64,000 bases of DNA from Leucoraja ocellata (GCA_036785375.1 JAWMAR010000722.1:496001-560000), one strand, 5' to 3'; counted from the stretch's first letter, positions 1-12,745 are shown. The notes: generated by a model from the sequence alone, not told the origin. Program-made: numbers and translations.

Positions 1-728
1 CATTCCTTCTCTCCAGAGATGCTGCCTGATTCACTGTGTTACTCCAGCTTTTTGTATCTATCTTCGGTTTACACCAGCATCTGCAGTTCCTTCCTACACA
101 TCTTGTACAAGTGAGGAATTTGGCAATGGAACTGCCAAAAGATGGTCATCAGGTGGCACTGCCATTTCATCAGCCTGTACAAGACCATTTCATTTTTTGC
201 AGGCTCTACCCTCAACCTTATTTCCCAAAACCCTTATCCTTTATATTTCCACAATATATAAAGCACACCTAATAGAGTACAAAAGCTGGAGTATGTGAAA
301 TAATATTCTAGCAGTCACAAGATATGTTGCATTTTGTCATTGCACATTAAAAACAATTAAATCATGGATATCTGATTCAACTAAATATATTAGTATTTCA
401 TATTCATATTACATCACGTCTGTTGTGATGACTGATTTCGTTTCTGCTCAAACAGAAACTGGAACTACTTATCCTTTCAGTTTCACTTAGCTGCATGTTT
501 GTTAATACAAGGCATTTATAAAATGGTCAGGTGACCACTGCGTAATATACCAATAGGTTTCTGTTCTTATTGCCAATTTTCTCACAAGTCTTAAAATATA
601 CGATTACTTACACAACCATTATAAGGATTAAAAGAGATCAAAATAGTTTTTCTGAAAAGAATACAAAAGAGTAACTAAACTCCTGATTGTGAAATTCGCA
701 TTAAATAGACAATGGGCAAATTTTGATG

Positions 729-1187
729 GCGGAATCAAGAATTAATAATTCTAAATAATTAAAGGACAGAAGTTTAGGGGTAACATGAGGGGTAACATCT
801 TTACTCATTCCACACAGTGGTAGCTGTGTGGAATGAGCTTCCAGTGAAGGTGGTGGAGGCAGGTTTGATTTTATAATTTAAAAATAAAGCGGAATCAAGA
901 ATTAATAATTCTAAATAATTAAAGGACAGAAGTTTAGGGGTAACATGAGGGGTAACATCTTTACTCATTCCACACAGTGGTAGCTGTGTGGAATGAGCTT
1001 CCAGTGAAGGTGGTGGAGGCAGGTTTGATTTTATAATTTAAAAATAAATTGGATAGTTATATGGACGGGAAAGGAATGGAGGGTTATGGTCTGGGTGCAG
1101 GTAGATGGGACTAGGGGAGGATACGTGTTCGGCACGGACTAGAAGGGCCGAGATGGCCCGTTTCCGTGCTGTAATTGTTATATGGTT
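729..1187 (+). mobile_element. CR1-family LINE 3' end fragment containing a perfect 160-bp tandem duplication (729-888 / 889-1048)
   Basis: CR1 ORF2 C-terminal and 3'UTR signature (gtgtggaatgagcttcca...gggccgagatggcccgtttccgtgctgtaattgttatatggtta); the two 160-bp units read identical. Confidence 0.8.
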
Positions 1188-1835
1188 AAATAAAACCAGT
1201 TTCATTAATTATTATTTTGAACTCTTTCCAATGGATTCTATATGAATGGTAAGAGTCTAACATTCAGGCATGGAAGTTGATGCGAGTCAAATGAGTAACA
1301 AATAATATGATGATACTAAATGTTGATTTTTAAGAGCGTACAATTATGCAGAGAACACCTTTGTAAAAGACAGAGAACATAATGGTAAGGGGACAAATCT
1401 AAAAAGTTCTAATACAATGCAAAAAGAGTAATCAGAACAGTGTGCCTGAGGCTTAGGAGTAACAATTAATGGATTGTAATTCTTCAGTGAATCATTCTTT
1501 AGAAACAAATGACATTTTGCAATAGTGGACAGACAGCAGTGTGACATTATAAAATTTCTTGCTGTTGCTGACGCACAAGTCGTCTACTTACTGCTCTTAA
1601 CAAGTACTGAACTTTCTTGTAGCTTTACCAGGACTGTCATGGTTTAAAGAAGAGGCTCAACACAACCTTTTCCAAGGGAAATTAGAAATGGACAACAAAT
1701 CCTGGCCTAGCCAGTAATAGCCTCTTGCCACAACAATGAATACATTAAAACAGTAGTGACATTCTTTACAAATATTCAACTACCTTCCCATAAAATTCAA
1801 TGCATTCTCATCATTAAATCCACAACTATCAAGTT

Positions 1836-2015
1836 GGTGGGGAGGGGGAGAGGAGGTGGGGAGGGGGAGGGGGAGAGGGAGAGGAGGGGGAGAGGGGGAG
1901 AGGGGGAGAGGGAGAGGAGGGGGAGAGGGGGAGAGGAGAGGGGGGGAGGGAGGATGGGGGGGAAACGAGGAGATGGCGGGGGAGAGACGGAGTGAGGAGA
2001 TGGAGTGAGCAGGGG
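1836..2015. repeat. Polypurine (G/A) low-complexity tract, GGGAGA-like repeats
   Basis: Almost exclusively G and A on the + strand for about 180 bp, with many G-runs of 3 or more. Confidence 0.9.
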
Positions 2016-2480
2016 AGATCGCAGCCCTCAGATACCGCTCCTGACATGAAGCGCCCTTAACACGGCAGTCAGACAAGGCAGCAAGAGGCTGGCGACGATG
2101 GGGGTCCCTCCGGAGAGAAAGCGTCGCATCAGGCCCGCGGAGACCATCGCGGGTCTGAAGAAGCCGCAACGTCGCCTATTCCTTTTCTCCAGAGATGCTG
2201 TCTAAGCCCCTGAGTTACTCGAGCATTGTGTGTCTGGCACTCACTCACTCACCTTTAGCCCTCGCCGTCCCTGCCAGACCGAGCAAGCGACCACCGACGG
2301 ACGACCCGCTGAAGGCGCAGGCGGGCGCAAAGATTCTGCCAACGATTCTATAGCAGAGCTCTGCTATAGGATCTTTGGGCGGGCGGTTGGTGAGCACGAG
2401 AACGTACATTACGTAAACACGCAAATACGCATCGACGCCACTTCCCAGGCAACGACGTGGGAGTCATCGTCGTCAGGCTC
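1975..2480. promoter_or_regulatory. CpG-island promoter of an unidentified minus-strand gene (possibly bidirectional)
   Basis: Strong local CpG enrichment against a CpG-poor background; GC boxes (gggcgggcgg), TTACGTAA at 2409-2416, X-box-like cttcccaggcaac near 2441-2453, and a consensus minus-strand donor at 2252. Confidence 0.7.
2253..2330 (-). other. Probable non-coding first exon of a minus-strand gene extending left out of the window
   Basis: Minus-strand AAG|GTGAGT consensus donor (GT at 2252-2251) inside the CpG island; no ATG in 2330-2253; the 5' boundary is a guess. Confidence 0.55.
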
Positions 2481-2511
2481 TGACCAAGGTACAGGACATT
2501 AGAGCAAAATC

Positions 2512-2895
2512 GAGTTCAAGTTCAAGTGAGTTTATTGTCATGTGCCCCTGTATAAAACAATGAAATTCTTGCTTTGCTTAAGCACACAGAAAATAGTAGG
2601 CATTTACTACAAAACAGATAATGTGTCCATATACCATGATATAAATATATACACACATGAATAAATAAACTGATAAAGTGCAAATAGCAGAAAGTGGTTA
2701 TTAATAATCAGAGTTTTGTCTGAGCCAGGTTTAATAGCCTGATGGCTGTGGGGAAGTAGCTATTCCTGAACCTGGTTGTTGCAGTCTTCAGGCTCCTGTA
2801 CCTTCTACCTGAAGGTAGCAGGGAGATGAGTGTGTGGCCAGGATGGTGTGGGTCTTTGATGATACTGCCAGCCTATTTGTGGCAGCAACTGCGAT
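2512..2895 (-). mobile_element. Rex1/Babar-type LINE 3' end
   Basis: Minus-strand translation AGSIIKDPHHPGHTLISLLPSGRRYRSLKTATTRFRNSYFPTAIRLL is the typical Rex1 ORF C-terminus; followed by a catgacaataaa plus (cttgaa)n tail. Confidence 0.8.
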
Positions 2896-5800
2896 AAAAG
2901 TGCTGAAATACTTCCCCTTTCAAGTGCTGAAATAATACATAAAAGTGCTGAAATAATAAGGATGGTTTGCCAACACTACCGAATATATAATCACTGACGG
3001 TTTGAAGGTTTGCACTGTTCTTGTTTTGTAGTTATGTTTCTATATTTTTGCCAGGCAGCATCCATCTGCAGGAGCATTTTTGTCAGGCAACATGTGCAGG
3101 AAAGAACTGCAGATTTTTGGTTTTTACCAAAGACAGACACAAAATGCCAGTCAGCATCTTCGGAGAACGTGTAGGAAAGGAAATGCAGGTTTTTGATTGT
3201 TACCGAAGACAGACACAAAATGCGGGCCAGGCAGCATCCCTGGAGAACATGGATAAGTGGCATTTCAGGTCGGGATCCTTCTTCAGATTGATTGCAGTGG
3301 GGTGAGAGGAAAAGAGAGCTAGAAGAGTGGAGGGGCAGGACCAAGCATGACAGGCAAATTAAAATACATACCTTTATAAATTACCATGTGGAATAGAATA
3401 TCTCTCTTCACTTTACAAATTATACCACGAGAAAGCTCAGGCAACCCATTAGGTGTCAGGAAGGGGATAGATGAGGTGTGGTTACAGCAGCACCAAGCAT
3501 CAGTAGTGACTCCGGGACTCATTGGCAATAAAATGAGCAATACACGTTATTGCATTCAAACAAGTATCTCCAGTCCTCCTCTCCCAAATCAGGGCTTGTG
3601 TCGAGGGATGATGGATCAAGAAGCTGCTAGCACTGGGTGTGGGTGGAAGTGATTGCACTGGTATTGGTGTTGTAATGTTGGGGAGAATGAACTTAGGGGA
3701 CTGGTTGGTGGCAGGGATTGGGGTAATCAACAGGATGGGGTTTGGGAATAAGGGATGGGATGCATTCTGAGGGAAGGTGGAGAGCTCCCTCAACAATGAA
3801 GCTAACATTTAGAGAGACATGGAACAGATGATGGCAAGTGGGACTAGCTTTAATGGGGCACCTTGGTCGGCATGGAGAAGTTGGGCCGATGGGCCTTTTT
3901 CCGTGCTGTATGGCTATATGACTGGAGATCAGGGGTTTGAGGGAGGTTGGTTTAATACTGATGAAGGAATGGGACAAGAAGTTAACTAAGCAGTTTATTG
4001 CTGCACTGGTAAAATCATGGTGCCCTGGAGTACAACTGGTAGGTGCATCCAAACAATGCACCCAATTGCCCCAACAGTGTTCATCTTTGCATCTTCCCAT
4101 ATCCGCTGACTAATAATAAGAAACTTGCAGTTGATTTTTCGAAGTGAATTGGAGGAAGTCCATATTGTGTTTCACTGATGAAAATAAAATCAATTTTAAG
4201 TTGCTTAATCCTGAAAAATGCAATTGAACTTCCAGCCAAATATACCTTGTTTCATTAAATATTTATACATTCAAAAAACTTCACTGAGAAAAGCCAAAAT
4301 AGAGGGCATGGCAACATAGCTCCAATCAATGCTTGCTAGTTGCACACAAAATCTCAAGTAAAAATTGTGTTTTTACTGCACCAGAATATAGGCTGTGTCA
4401 TAGTCATACAGTACCAAAACAGGCCCTTCAGCCCAACTTAACATGCCGACCAAGATACCCTATCTACACATATCCCTCTAAATCTTTCCTATCCATGCGC
4501 CTGTCCAAATGTCTTTTAAATATTGCTATAGTGCCTGCCACAAATACCTCCTCTAGCAGCTCGTTCCATATACCCACCACCTTCTGTGTGAAATATGTCC
4601 TCTAATTAAAAAGCTGGATTGTGGATATGAAGTGTGTTCATTCAATGAATTCTTCACATCTAACCATTATAGATTGCACAGAATAAGCTATCGGGAAAAT
4701 TAGTGGGGTGTAGAACTGCGAGCTGGAATTGACTTGATGGATCAAACATCCCCCTCCTATTCATAAGGACATATGGAACATGGGAATATGAAGGAGTATT
4801 TGATATGTCCTAAGCTACAAGGTAGAGGCCAAGAGCTGGAAATTGGAATTGACCTAAACAATTCATTTTGTCAAGCATGTTGGATGGCCACTTCTTTACA
4901 GTAGCTTTTTCATGCTGTGTGGCATTTTGCTGAGGGAAAAATAGCCATGGGATTATGTACAACAGGGCAGCACAGTGGTGCAGTTGCTGCCTTAAAGGAC
5001 CTGTTTGTATGCTGTATCTACAAAGTCTAAAAGTGTGCAAGTGCAAAGAACTCGATAGAATATACCAAACAGCAAAGCATGTCTGAAAGACTAATCAGTA
5101 AAAAAAAAATTAGAGTATGCGATGAAGGTTGCCATAGATTTAGTAACAGTAGTTCAGCTAATAGAGTTGAATCCTGACCCCAGGTGCTTTCTGTGTCGAA
5201 TTTGTGTGTTCTCACTGTGATCGCGTGGGTTTCCTCCAAGTCCTCCAGTTTCCTCCCATATCCCAAAGACATGCGGGTTTGTAAATTGTAAATTCACCTC
5301 TAAATTATCCCATGAGTGTAGGGAGTGGATGCCGAAATGAGATATCATAGAACTAGTGTGTGAATGGGTGATCCATGGTCAGTGTGGATATAGTTTGCTG
5401 AAGGGATTCCAACTAGAACCTGGGATTCCTTTGTTCTCCACATTCATTGTTAGAGAGGAATATGGATTTGAGGTTTCAAGCAGATCAGCTATGATCTTAT
5501 TTAATGGTGGAGCAAATTCATGGGGCAAAGTAGTCTACTGCTGCTCCCAAGTTACATGCTGTTATGTTTGGATCTTCATTCTAAATCTCTTCTCAGAGGA
5601 CATTATCTGCCTTTATTCTCTGTTATCTTTCAATCCAGGTTTGTTGAACCTATGTTTAGATTTTAGCAAGCTGTGTGTAAATTAGTGCCTATCAATTTTG
5701 CAATTGTTTGCCTTTAAACGCTCAAGAATTAAATAACATAAATTATTTGGTTCTGATTAGAAGTTGGGTCTTATTGATAATTTTAGCAAAATATTGAGGA

Positions 5801-6509
5801 AGTCTGCTTATTTCAAATACCATAATAATGCGGTAGGCTCAAGTGTTAAATGAAATCTTTCTTGAATTTTCACTGTTCTGTTCGGGCTTTGATTCCCAAA
5901 AAATTAAAATAATAGTTTGATTTATCTCCAATGCTTAAAGAACATGGCCTGCTTGCAAAACTGTCATCAGATTAATTCCTAAGGAAACCAAGGTTTAAAA
6001 CAATTAACCATTTATTCCATTGGAAACATCGATCCACTTCAGACACCACTTTGGGACAAAGTTTCATTATATTACGCAAAATAAAATCAGAAAAAAATCA
6101 CTTAACAGGTCAGACACAATCTGTGGAGAGCGAAACAGAGTCAACATTTCAGATTAAAAAAAGACAAAGTGCTGGAGTAACTCAGCCGGTCAGGCAGCAT
6201 CTCTAAAAGTCATGAATAGATGATGTTTCAGATTGGGACCCTTCAGAATGATTGTAGATGGGGGGGGAGAAAACTGGAAGATAGGAGGGGCAGGACAAAG
6301 CATGTTAGGCAATAGATGGACACAAGCAAGTGGGGGTTTTGATAGGCAGAATGTTGGACAAAGGCCAGAGATAAAAAGAACAGAAAGTGTGGATCAAATC
6401 ATTATTCAGATCAATAGCTGTTCATCAGAATCTTCCAATCTCTTACTTCTGAGAAATGTTTGTAATGTTTTCCTATATTAATTATAAATGCAATGAACAA
6501 AAGTGTGTG

Positions 6510-7380
6510 ATGAAGATGGACACAAAGTGCTGGAGTAACTCAGCGACTCAGGCAGCATCTCTGGAGAAAAGGAATAGGTGAAGTTTCGGTTCGGAACTTC
6601 TTCAGACTGAAGAAGGGTTCCAACCCGAAATGTCACACATTACTATTCTTCCTATAAAGACTCTATCCCCTATTCCCAATTCCTCCGTCTGCACCTCATC
6701 TGCGTCCAGAATGAGGTGTTTCATACCAGGGCATCGGAGATGTCCTCATTCCTTAGGAAATGGGGGTTCTCCTCTTCCATTATAGATGAGGCTCTCACTA
6801 GGGTCTCCTCGATATCCCGCAGCTCCGCACTTTGTCCCCCTCCTCCCATTTGTACCAAAGACAGAGGCTCGGCAATCGTTTTGCTGAACACCTCCGCTCA
6901 GTCCGTCTTAACCTACCTGATTTCATGGTGGCCCAGCACTTCAACTCCCCTTCCATTCCCAATTTGACCTTTCTGTCCTGGGCCTCCTCCATTGTCAGAG
7001 TGAGGCCCAGCGTAAATTGGAGGAACAGCACCTCATATTTTGCATGGGTAGTTTACACCCCAGCGGTATCAACATTGACTTCTCTAACCAGGTAGCTCTT
7101 ACCTTCCCTCTCTAACCCCTCCCCCTTTCCAGTTCTCCCACTAGTCTCACTGTCTCCGACTACATTCTATCTTTGTCCCGCCCCCTCCCCTGACATCAGT
7201 CTGAAGAAGGTCTCAACCCGAAACATCACCCATTCCTTTTCTCCAGAGATGCCGCCTGTCCCGCTGAGTTACTCCAACATTTTGTGTTTACTTTTCTCCA
7301 ATGATGCAGCCTGACCCACTGACTCTAGCACATTGTGTCTATCTTCAGTAGAAACCAGCATCTTCAGTTCCGTCCTACAC
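6510..7380 (+). mobile_element. Penelope-like element fragment (RT/GIY-YIG linker, GIY-YIG end, terminal repeat with hammerhead motif; inverted arm at left)
   Basis: KDSIPYSQFLRLHLIC...EMSSFLRKWGFSSSIIDEALTRV and RLGNRFAEHLRSVR...VAQHFNS...LEEQHLIF motifs; ctgaagaaggtctcaacccgaaacatc at 7201-7227. Confidence 0.8.
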
Positions 7381-8406
7381 TAAATAATATGATGCACTGT
7401 CTTAAAGCAATGGTATTTTATGACAAAAACCTGGTAAGAAAAGTCCACAAATAAATCAAATCACCATTATGAATTAGGAGACACACAGCACAGAAACAGG
7501 TCCTTCAGCTCAAACTAGCCCAACTCATTCATTTGCAAAATGCAGTCTCAGTTAGATTTAACCCAAAAAATACAAAATAATTAACTTGCAGTCAAATTAT
7601 AGTGCACGAGTAGGTTCTACAGTTTGGCAAGATGGTAGCAGATTATTAATTATGACAGATAAGACCATGGACTGATGTATTCAGTATTATGAGAGAATTA
7701 TACAGAGAAAATTATCCCGACTCAGAATACATTTTTAACTATCAGCTAAAAAAAATGAAAAGAATGTTTGGAGAACTTTATTTATGCAAAGAATTGTTAC
7801 AAACTGAAAGATGACAAGTTTGGTATTACTTTCCAAAAGGCAAGTCAATAAATATTTGATAAAGAAGGGTATAAGGAAATGTCAGAATAATGGGTGGAGC
7901 AGGAAATGTTCTCAGCTGGTACAGGCACCATCATTTAAAATTCAATGTTTCAATAATATTGATAACAAGAATAAAAGTAATAAATACCTTATGCCATAAA
8001 ACATTTGTAATAAATTCCTTATGCCTTCTGGCCTTTTGAACTCACATGAGCTGTTGATTTCTCAGCCACGGAAGAGGTGACGTTTCAGGTGGGGAAGAAG
8101 GGTTCTGATCCAAAACGTCACCTATTTATTTTCTCCAGAAATGCAACCCGACCCGCTGAGTTACTCCAGCATTTTGTGTAGTTCCTTGGTCATGAGTTAA
8201 ATGTGAACATGTAATCTCCACATCATTAAGTAGGGATCAGGGGGTTTATTCTTATAGGATTAATACTGGATTTTATGGTAAACATTGTAGTTATCATTCT
8301 GCGTGATGTGATACTTGATTAATTGCTGGCTGCTGGATTGATGGCTGCAATAGTTTGCAGTAATGACCTGATCAGCCTGTATAAACATGCTACGCCTTGC
8401 TGTACT

Positions 8407-8967
8407 TGTTACGACTCCCGAATGCAGGTACTTCAGAGCCGCGTAACACAAGGCAAAAACCAGGTTCAAGTTCAAAAATAGTTTTAATTATTCAATGGAA
8501 CACAAAACCCAAACCTGATTTAAATATGGATATGGATGAACTGACAAACAATTTAACAATGCTCCAGCCAGCCATGTGATGGACCGTCGAACCGGAGACT
8601 TTAAAACCTGCCTAAAGAGATATAACCCTGAAACAAAATACACAAAAACACTAAGGTCAGCCCTTATCCGTCCCAATTCAATATTTGTTACCAAGGAATG
8701 GTAAAGTACACAAAGTTCTATGCCATGTGGCCAGGCCTCCCTCGGCTCACACCAGCCGTCTGCTCATCAGTCAGGGTTGACGAAGAAGAGAGAGAATCCT
8801 GAGAAGCTCTGGTATTTAAGCTTCAGATGAGTCACCCGTCTTGGCCAATCGGGTACAGGAGCCTTTAACCCCTTGATTCCAGACTCACAGCCACGAGGCC
8901 TGTACTCGGGAGAGAAACAGAGAAAGGTAAGTACATAGCATTCACCAGAAGGGGGAAGCGCCTAACA
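8407..8967 (-). mobile_element. Solo LTR (Gypsy/BEL-like)
   Basis: TGTTA...TAACA inverted termini; flanking 5-mers GTACT and GTACA (4/5 TSD); CCAAT, AP-1 TGAGTCA and minus-strand TTAAATA clustered near the right end, poly(A)-signal-like ATTAAA near the left end on the minus strand. Confidence 0.6.
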
Positions 8968-9244
8968 GTACAGATGAGGAAGCTAGGTGGAACTGGCCAA
9001 ACAAGAGGGTTCAGTTTGGCTCAACGCTGGAATTTAAATGACTGGTAGGATTGCATTTTTTTTTAATGATATCAGTGACTCATTGAATATTTATGCCATA
9101 ATGTCACATACAGCCGGGAAACAGGCCCTTTGGCCCACTTAGTCCATACCAGAGGTTAAGTACCAACCTGTAATATTCCTATTTTGTGCTCGTCTAAATG
9201 CTTCTTAAAAGTTGTGAGAGGACTTCAGCTACTGTCCACTAAGG

Positions 9245-10078
9245 GCAGTTGATGGCAGCCTCTGCCTACAGTCTTTCTATCTTTAAAAAAAAAAAAAAAT
9301 TGTTTTAAAAGTGTGTTTTGGAGGTTTCTTTAGTTTTTCTATGTGGGGGAGGGAGGTGGGGTAAGGGGGAAACCGTTTCCCAGTCACTTCCTGGCGAGGA
9401 TGCGACTATTCTCCGGGTCGTGTCCTCGCCCCCCCCCCCCCTCCCCTCGTGGCCTACCAACTGGATTGGTGTGGCCTTTCCTGCCGGGGACCAGCCAAAG
9501 CTTCAGTTGTGGCGGCGCAGGCGATGCCTACCTGGATCACAGTTTGAAGCTCCGGAGTGCTGGGCCTGCTGTTTCAACATCGCAGAGCTGGGGTTTGTAG
9601 AGCTCACAGCGCGGGCGGCGCTGACCTCAACATCGCGGAGTCCTGGGACCTTTTGCCGAGGGCCGCCAACGTGAATGTCTGCCCAGCGCAGCCGGTGGAC
9701 TTCGGGAGCTGCTGTCTCCGATAGGAAGTGGCCGATTCGGATGTCCAAGTCATTGAGGTGGTTCTCCCGTTCCGACGTCTGAGTTCCATCATTCCAGCGA
9801 GAGGGCCTGAACATCGGGCCGCCTGTAGCGGCGACTGCGAGGGATTCGGGAGTCCCCTAACCACGGGTGAACAACAGAGGACAGAGGATGATGACTGAAT
9901 TTTGGAGCCTTCCCTCACAGTGGGAAACTTTGATTCCGCTGTGTGGGGATGTCTGTGTTAAAGACTATCGTGTTCTGTGTTCTTGATTATTTGTATGGCT
10001 GTATGGTGACCACACATTTCACTGTACCAATTGGTACATGTGACAAATAAATGTATCTTGTATCTTTTATCTTGTATC
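9245..10078 (+). mobile_element. GC-rich non-autonomous retroposon with a Rex1-like 3' tail
   Basis: CpG-rich body ending in cactgtacc...ggtacatgtgacaaataaa plus (tgtatct)n; no credible ORF. Confidence 0.6.
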
Positions 10079-10448
10079 CCTGAGAAGTGCATTCCACATT
10101 TCAAACATTCTATGGATGAAGAACTCCTTCCTCAAATCCCCTCTAATCTTTTACTCCTTAATGTAAATCTGTGCCCTCTGGTTCTAACCACCTCTGTCAA
10201 GAAGTTTTTTTCAGTCTCTATCCTATTTATGCCCCTCATAATGTCGTAAACCTCAGTCAGGTCCCCCATCAGCTCCATGGAAAACAAACCTTGCCGATCA
10301 AGTCTGTCATTCGAAATGCTCCATCCCAGGCAGTCTTGATGAATTCCCTTGGCACCCTCTCCATTGTAACCATGTCCCTCCTAGAGTGTCCCAGCCAGAA
10401 CAGCATATATTACTTCAGGTGTGGCCTAACTAATGTTTTATATACGTA

Positions 10449-10612
10449 GGAAAGAACTGCAGATGCTGGTTTAAATCAAATGAAGACATAAAATGCTGGA
10501 GTAACTCAGCGGGACTTCAGACTGAAAAAGGGTCTCCACCCGAAACGTCACCCATTCATTCATTCCAGAGATGCTGCCTGTCCCACTGAGTTACTCCAGC
10601 ATTTTGTGTCTC
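10449..10612. mobile_element. Short fold-back Penelope-derived element
   Basis: aaaatgctggagtaactcagcgggac ... gtcccactgagttactccagcatttt inverted arms around a degenerate hammerhead core (ctgaaaaagggtctccacccgaaacgtc). Confidence 0.7.
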
Positions 10613-10642
10613 CCTTTTCTATCCATTTATCCACCTACCCAT

Positions 10643-10965
10643 CTCTAAAAGTCTCATTTTGTATGTATGTATGTATGTTCCCAAAATATAGCCAAAACGG
10701 TAAACGATAGCGCAACAGTTTTAGGGGTGCCTTACTCACCATTCGCCTGCGGTGTACAGTTTTGTTATATTTTAAAAGGTAATTCACTTAATAAACTTTA
10801 ATGAACTTTATATTGTGAATGGAACAAGTTTCAATGTGGCAGTCGAGCCTGCGCAGTGCGCTGCCACTTGCCGGGCCCGTCAACCCCGCCTGCACAGTTC
10901 GGGGAGGGTTGCCAGGCCCGGTATCCACGCGTGCGCCCAGAAGGAATGAAGAGACGGAATTCAAA
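10643..10965 (+). mobile_element. Possible non-autonomous Helitron 5' fragment
   Basis: TC...taaaagtctcattttg start followed by (tatg)n and a CpG-rich body, resembling Helitron 5' ends; no 3' hairpin or CTAG terminus seen. Confidence 0.3.
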
Positions 10966-11257
10966 AGAACATCTTGAGGATCCAACACTAGAGGGCATAG
11001 CTATAATGTGAGAGTGGGAAAGCTTAATTGAGATGTGTGGGGCAAGTTTTTTTATGCATAGTAGTGGGTGCCTGCTGTAGAGGTGGGGGCAGATGCCATA
11101 ATGGCACTTACTGTAAGAGGTTTATAGATAGGCATGTGGGAGTGCCAGTAATAGAGGGTTATGGATCATGTACAGGCAGATGAGATCAGTTTAATTTGGC
11201 ATCATGTTCAACAGATATCGTGGGCTGAGGTGCCTGTTCCAGTACTGTATTGATCTA

Positions 11258-11557
11258 TGTTTAGTTTAGTTTTTAGATACACAGTGTGGAAACAGGCTCT
11301 TTGGCCGACCGAGTCCGTGCCAACTAGCAATCACCTATACACTAGTTCTATTCGACGCAGAAGCCAATTAGCCTACAGAAATTTACAGAAGCCAATTAAC
11401 CTACAAATCTGCACATCTTTGGAATGTTGGAGGAAACTGGAGCACCCGGATAAAACACAAGCAGTCACCGTACAAACTCCATACAGACAGCACCCGTAGT
11501 AAGGATCGAACCTGGGTCTCTGGTGCTGTAAGACAGCAACTCTACCACAGCGCCGTC
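11258..11557 (-). mobile_element. HE1-like tRNA-derived V-SINE
   Basis: tRNA-like head with A and B boxes, V-domain, CR1-like tail with (aaact)n on the minus strand. Confidence 0.8.
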
Positions 11558-11579
11558 CCTAATTGTTCTCTGTGCAATT

Positions 11580-12130
11580 TGAATGTGACCGAAGATGCCA
11601 TGGTTAGTAAATTTGTGGATGAATCTAATATTAGTGGCATATCGAGCAGTGAAATATGTTATCTAAGATTAAAACGGGATTGTGGTCAACTGGGCCAATG
11701 GGCTGAAGAATGGCAAATGGAGTTTAATTCGGATAAATGTGAGCGGTTGCATTTTGGTAGGCCAGACTAGGGCAGGATTTACACTGTAAATGATGGGGCC
11801 TTGAGGAATCTTGGAAAACGAGACACCTAGAGGTATGCAATCAACCTGGCATGCACAATCAAATAAGATCAAATAGAACAAGTTGTCCTACAACTTTAGG
11901 CTGTGCCCGCCATACGCAAGAAGAAGCAGAGCATAGGTTCGTCCTGTTTCCATTGATTATCCTTGAGATGTTTCTACAACTTGATTGGAGTCCACCATCT
12001 GGAGGATCTCTCACGTAGTTGCATGAAAGTGCATCGCAGGGAGACAGGGCAGTGAAGAAAGCATTTGGCACTCTTGCTTTAATCGGTCGGGGTAATGAGT
12101 ATAGGCGTTGGGACGTCACATTACAGTTGA
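11580..12130 (+). mobile_element. Old CR1 reverse-transcriptase fragment, interrupted
   Basis: SKFVDESNISG...LGQWAEEWQMEFNSDKCERLHFGR and AVKKAFGTLALIGRG CR1 ORF2 motifs. Confidence 0.75.
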
Positions 12131-12442
12131 CTCTGTTTTTCTTTCCTCAGATGCTGCCTGACCTGCTGCGTATTTCCAGCATTTTCTATTTTAATTCAAT
12201 ATACAGTACACAGCTTTTTGATTCTCAAAACAAGAACTAAATACATGACCTGGATAACTTTCAGTCGTGAACTGATAAGTGGAAAATAATTTATAAGAAT
12301 TCTGTGCCTGTCGTTGACTATAGTCGAAGCCATCACTGATATTCGAAGATATTTCAATCACCCTGATTATCAATATCTGAGGTATCACCATTGGCCAGAA
12401 AACAAACTACACCAGCTTCATAAATACCATGGGTACAAAAAT

Positions 12443-12745
12443 CAGCACTGGGGCATAGCTAGTAGAGTTGCTGCCTCACAGTGCCAGAGACCCTGATCGA
12501 TTCTGACCTCGGGTGCTGCCTGTGTGTAGTTTGCACATTCTCCCGGTGACTGCATGGGTTTCCTCCGGGTGCTCCACTTTCCTCCGACATCCCAAAGATG
12601 CGCAGGCTTGTAGGTTAATTGGCCTCTGTAAATTGCCTCTTGTAAGGAGTGGATGTGTAAATGAGATAATATGGAATCTTTGTGATGGTCAGCATGGACT
12701 CGATTGGCCGAAGGGCTGGTTTCCATGCTTCATCTCTAAGACTAA
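12443..12745 (+). mobile_element. HE1-like V-SINE
   Basis: gtagagttgctgcctcacagtgccagagacc head; gtttgcacattctcccggtgactgcatgggtttcctccgggtgctcc V-domain. Confidence 0.8.

Noticed and set aside
142-185. ATGGTCATCAGG (MVIR...) resembling the SH3BGR-family N-terminus
   Set aside because: Similarity stops after four residues; no donor or downstream SH3BGR exons.
1756-2169. Pro-rich and Gly/Arg/Glu-rich ORFs
   Set aside because: Translation artefacts of the polypurine tract.
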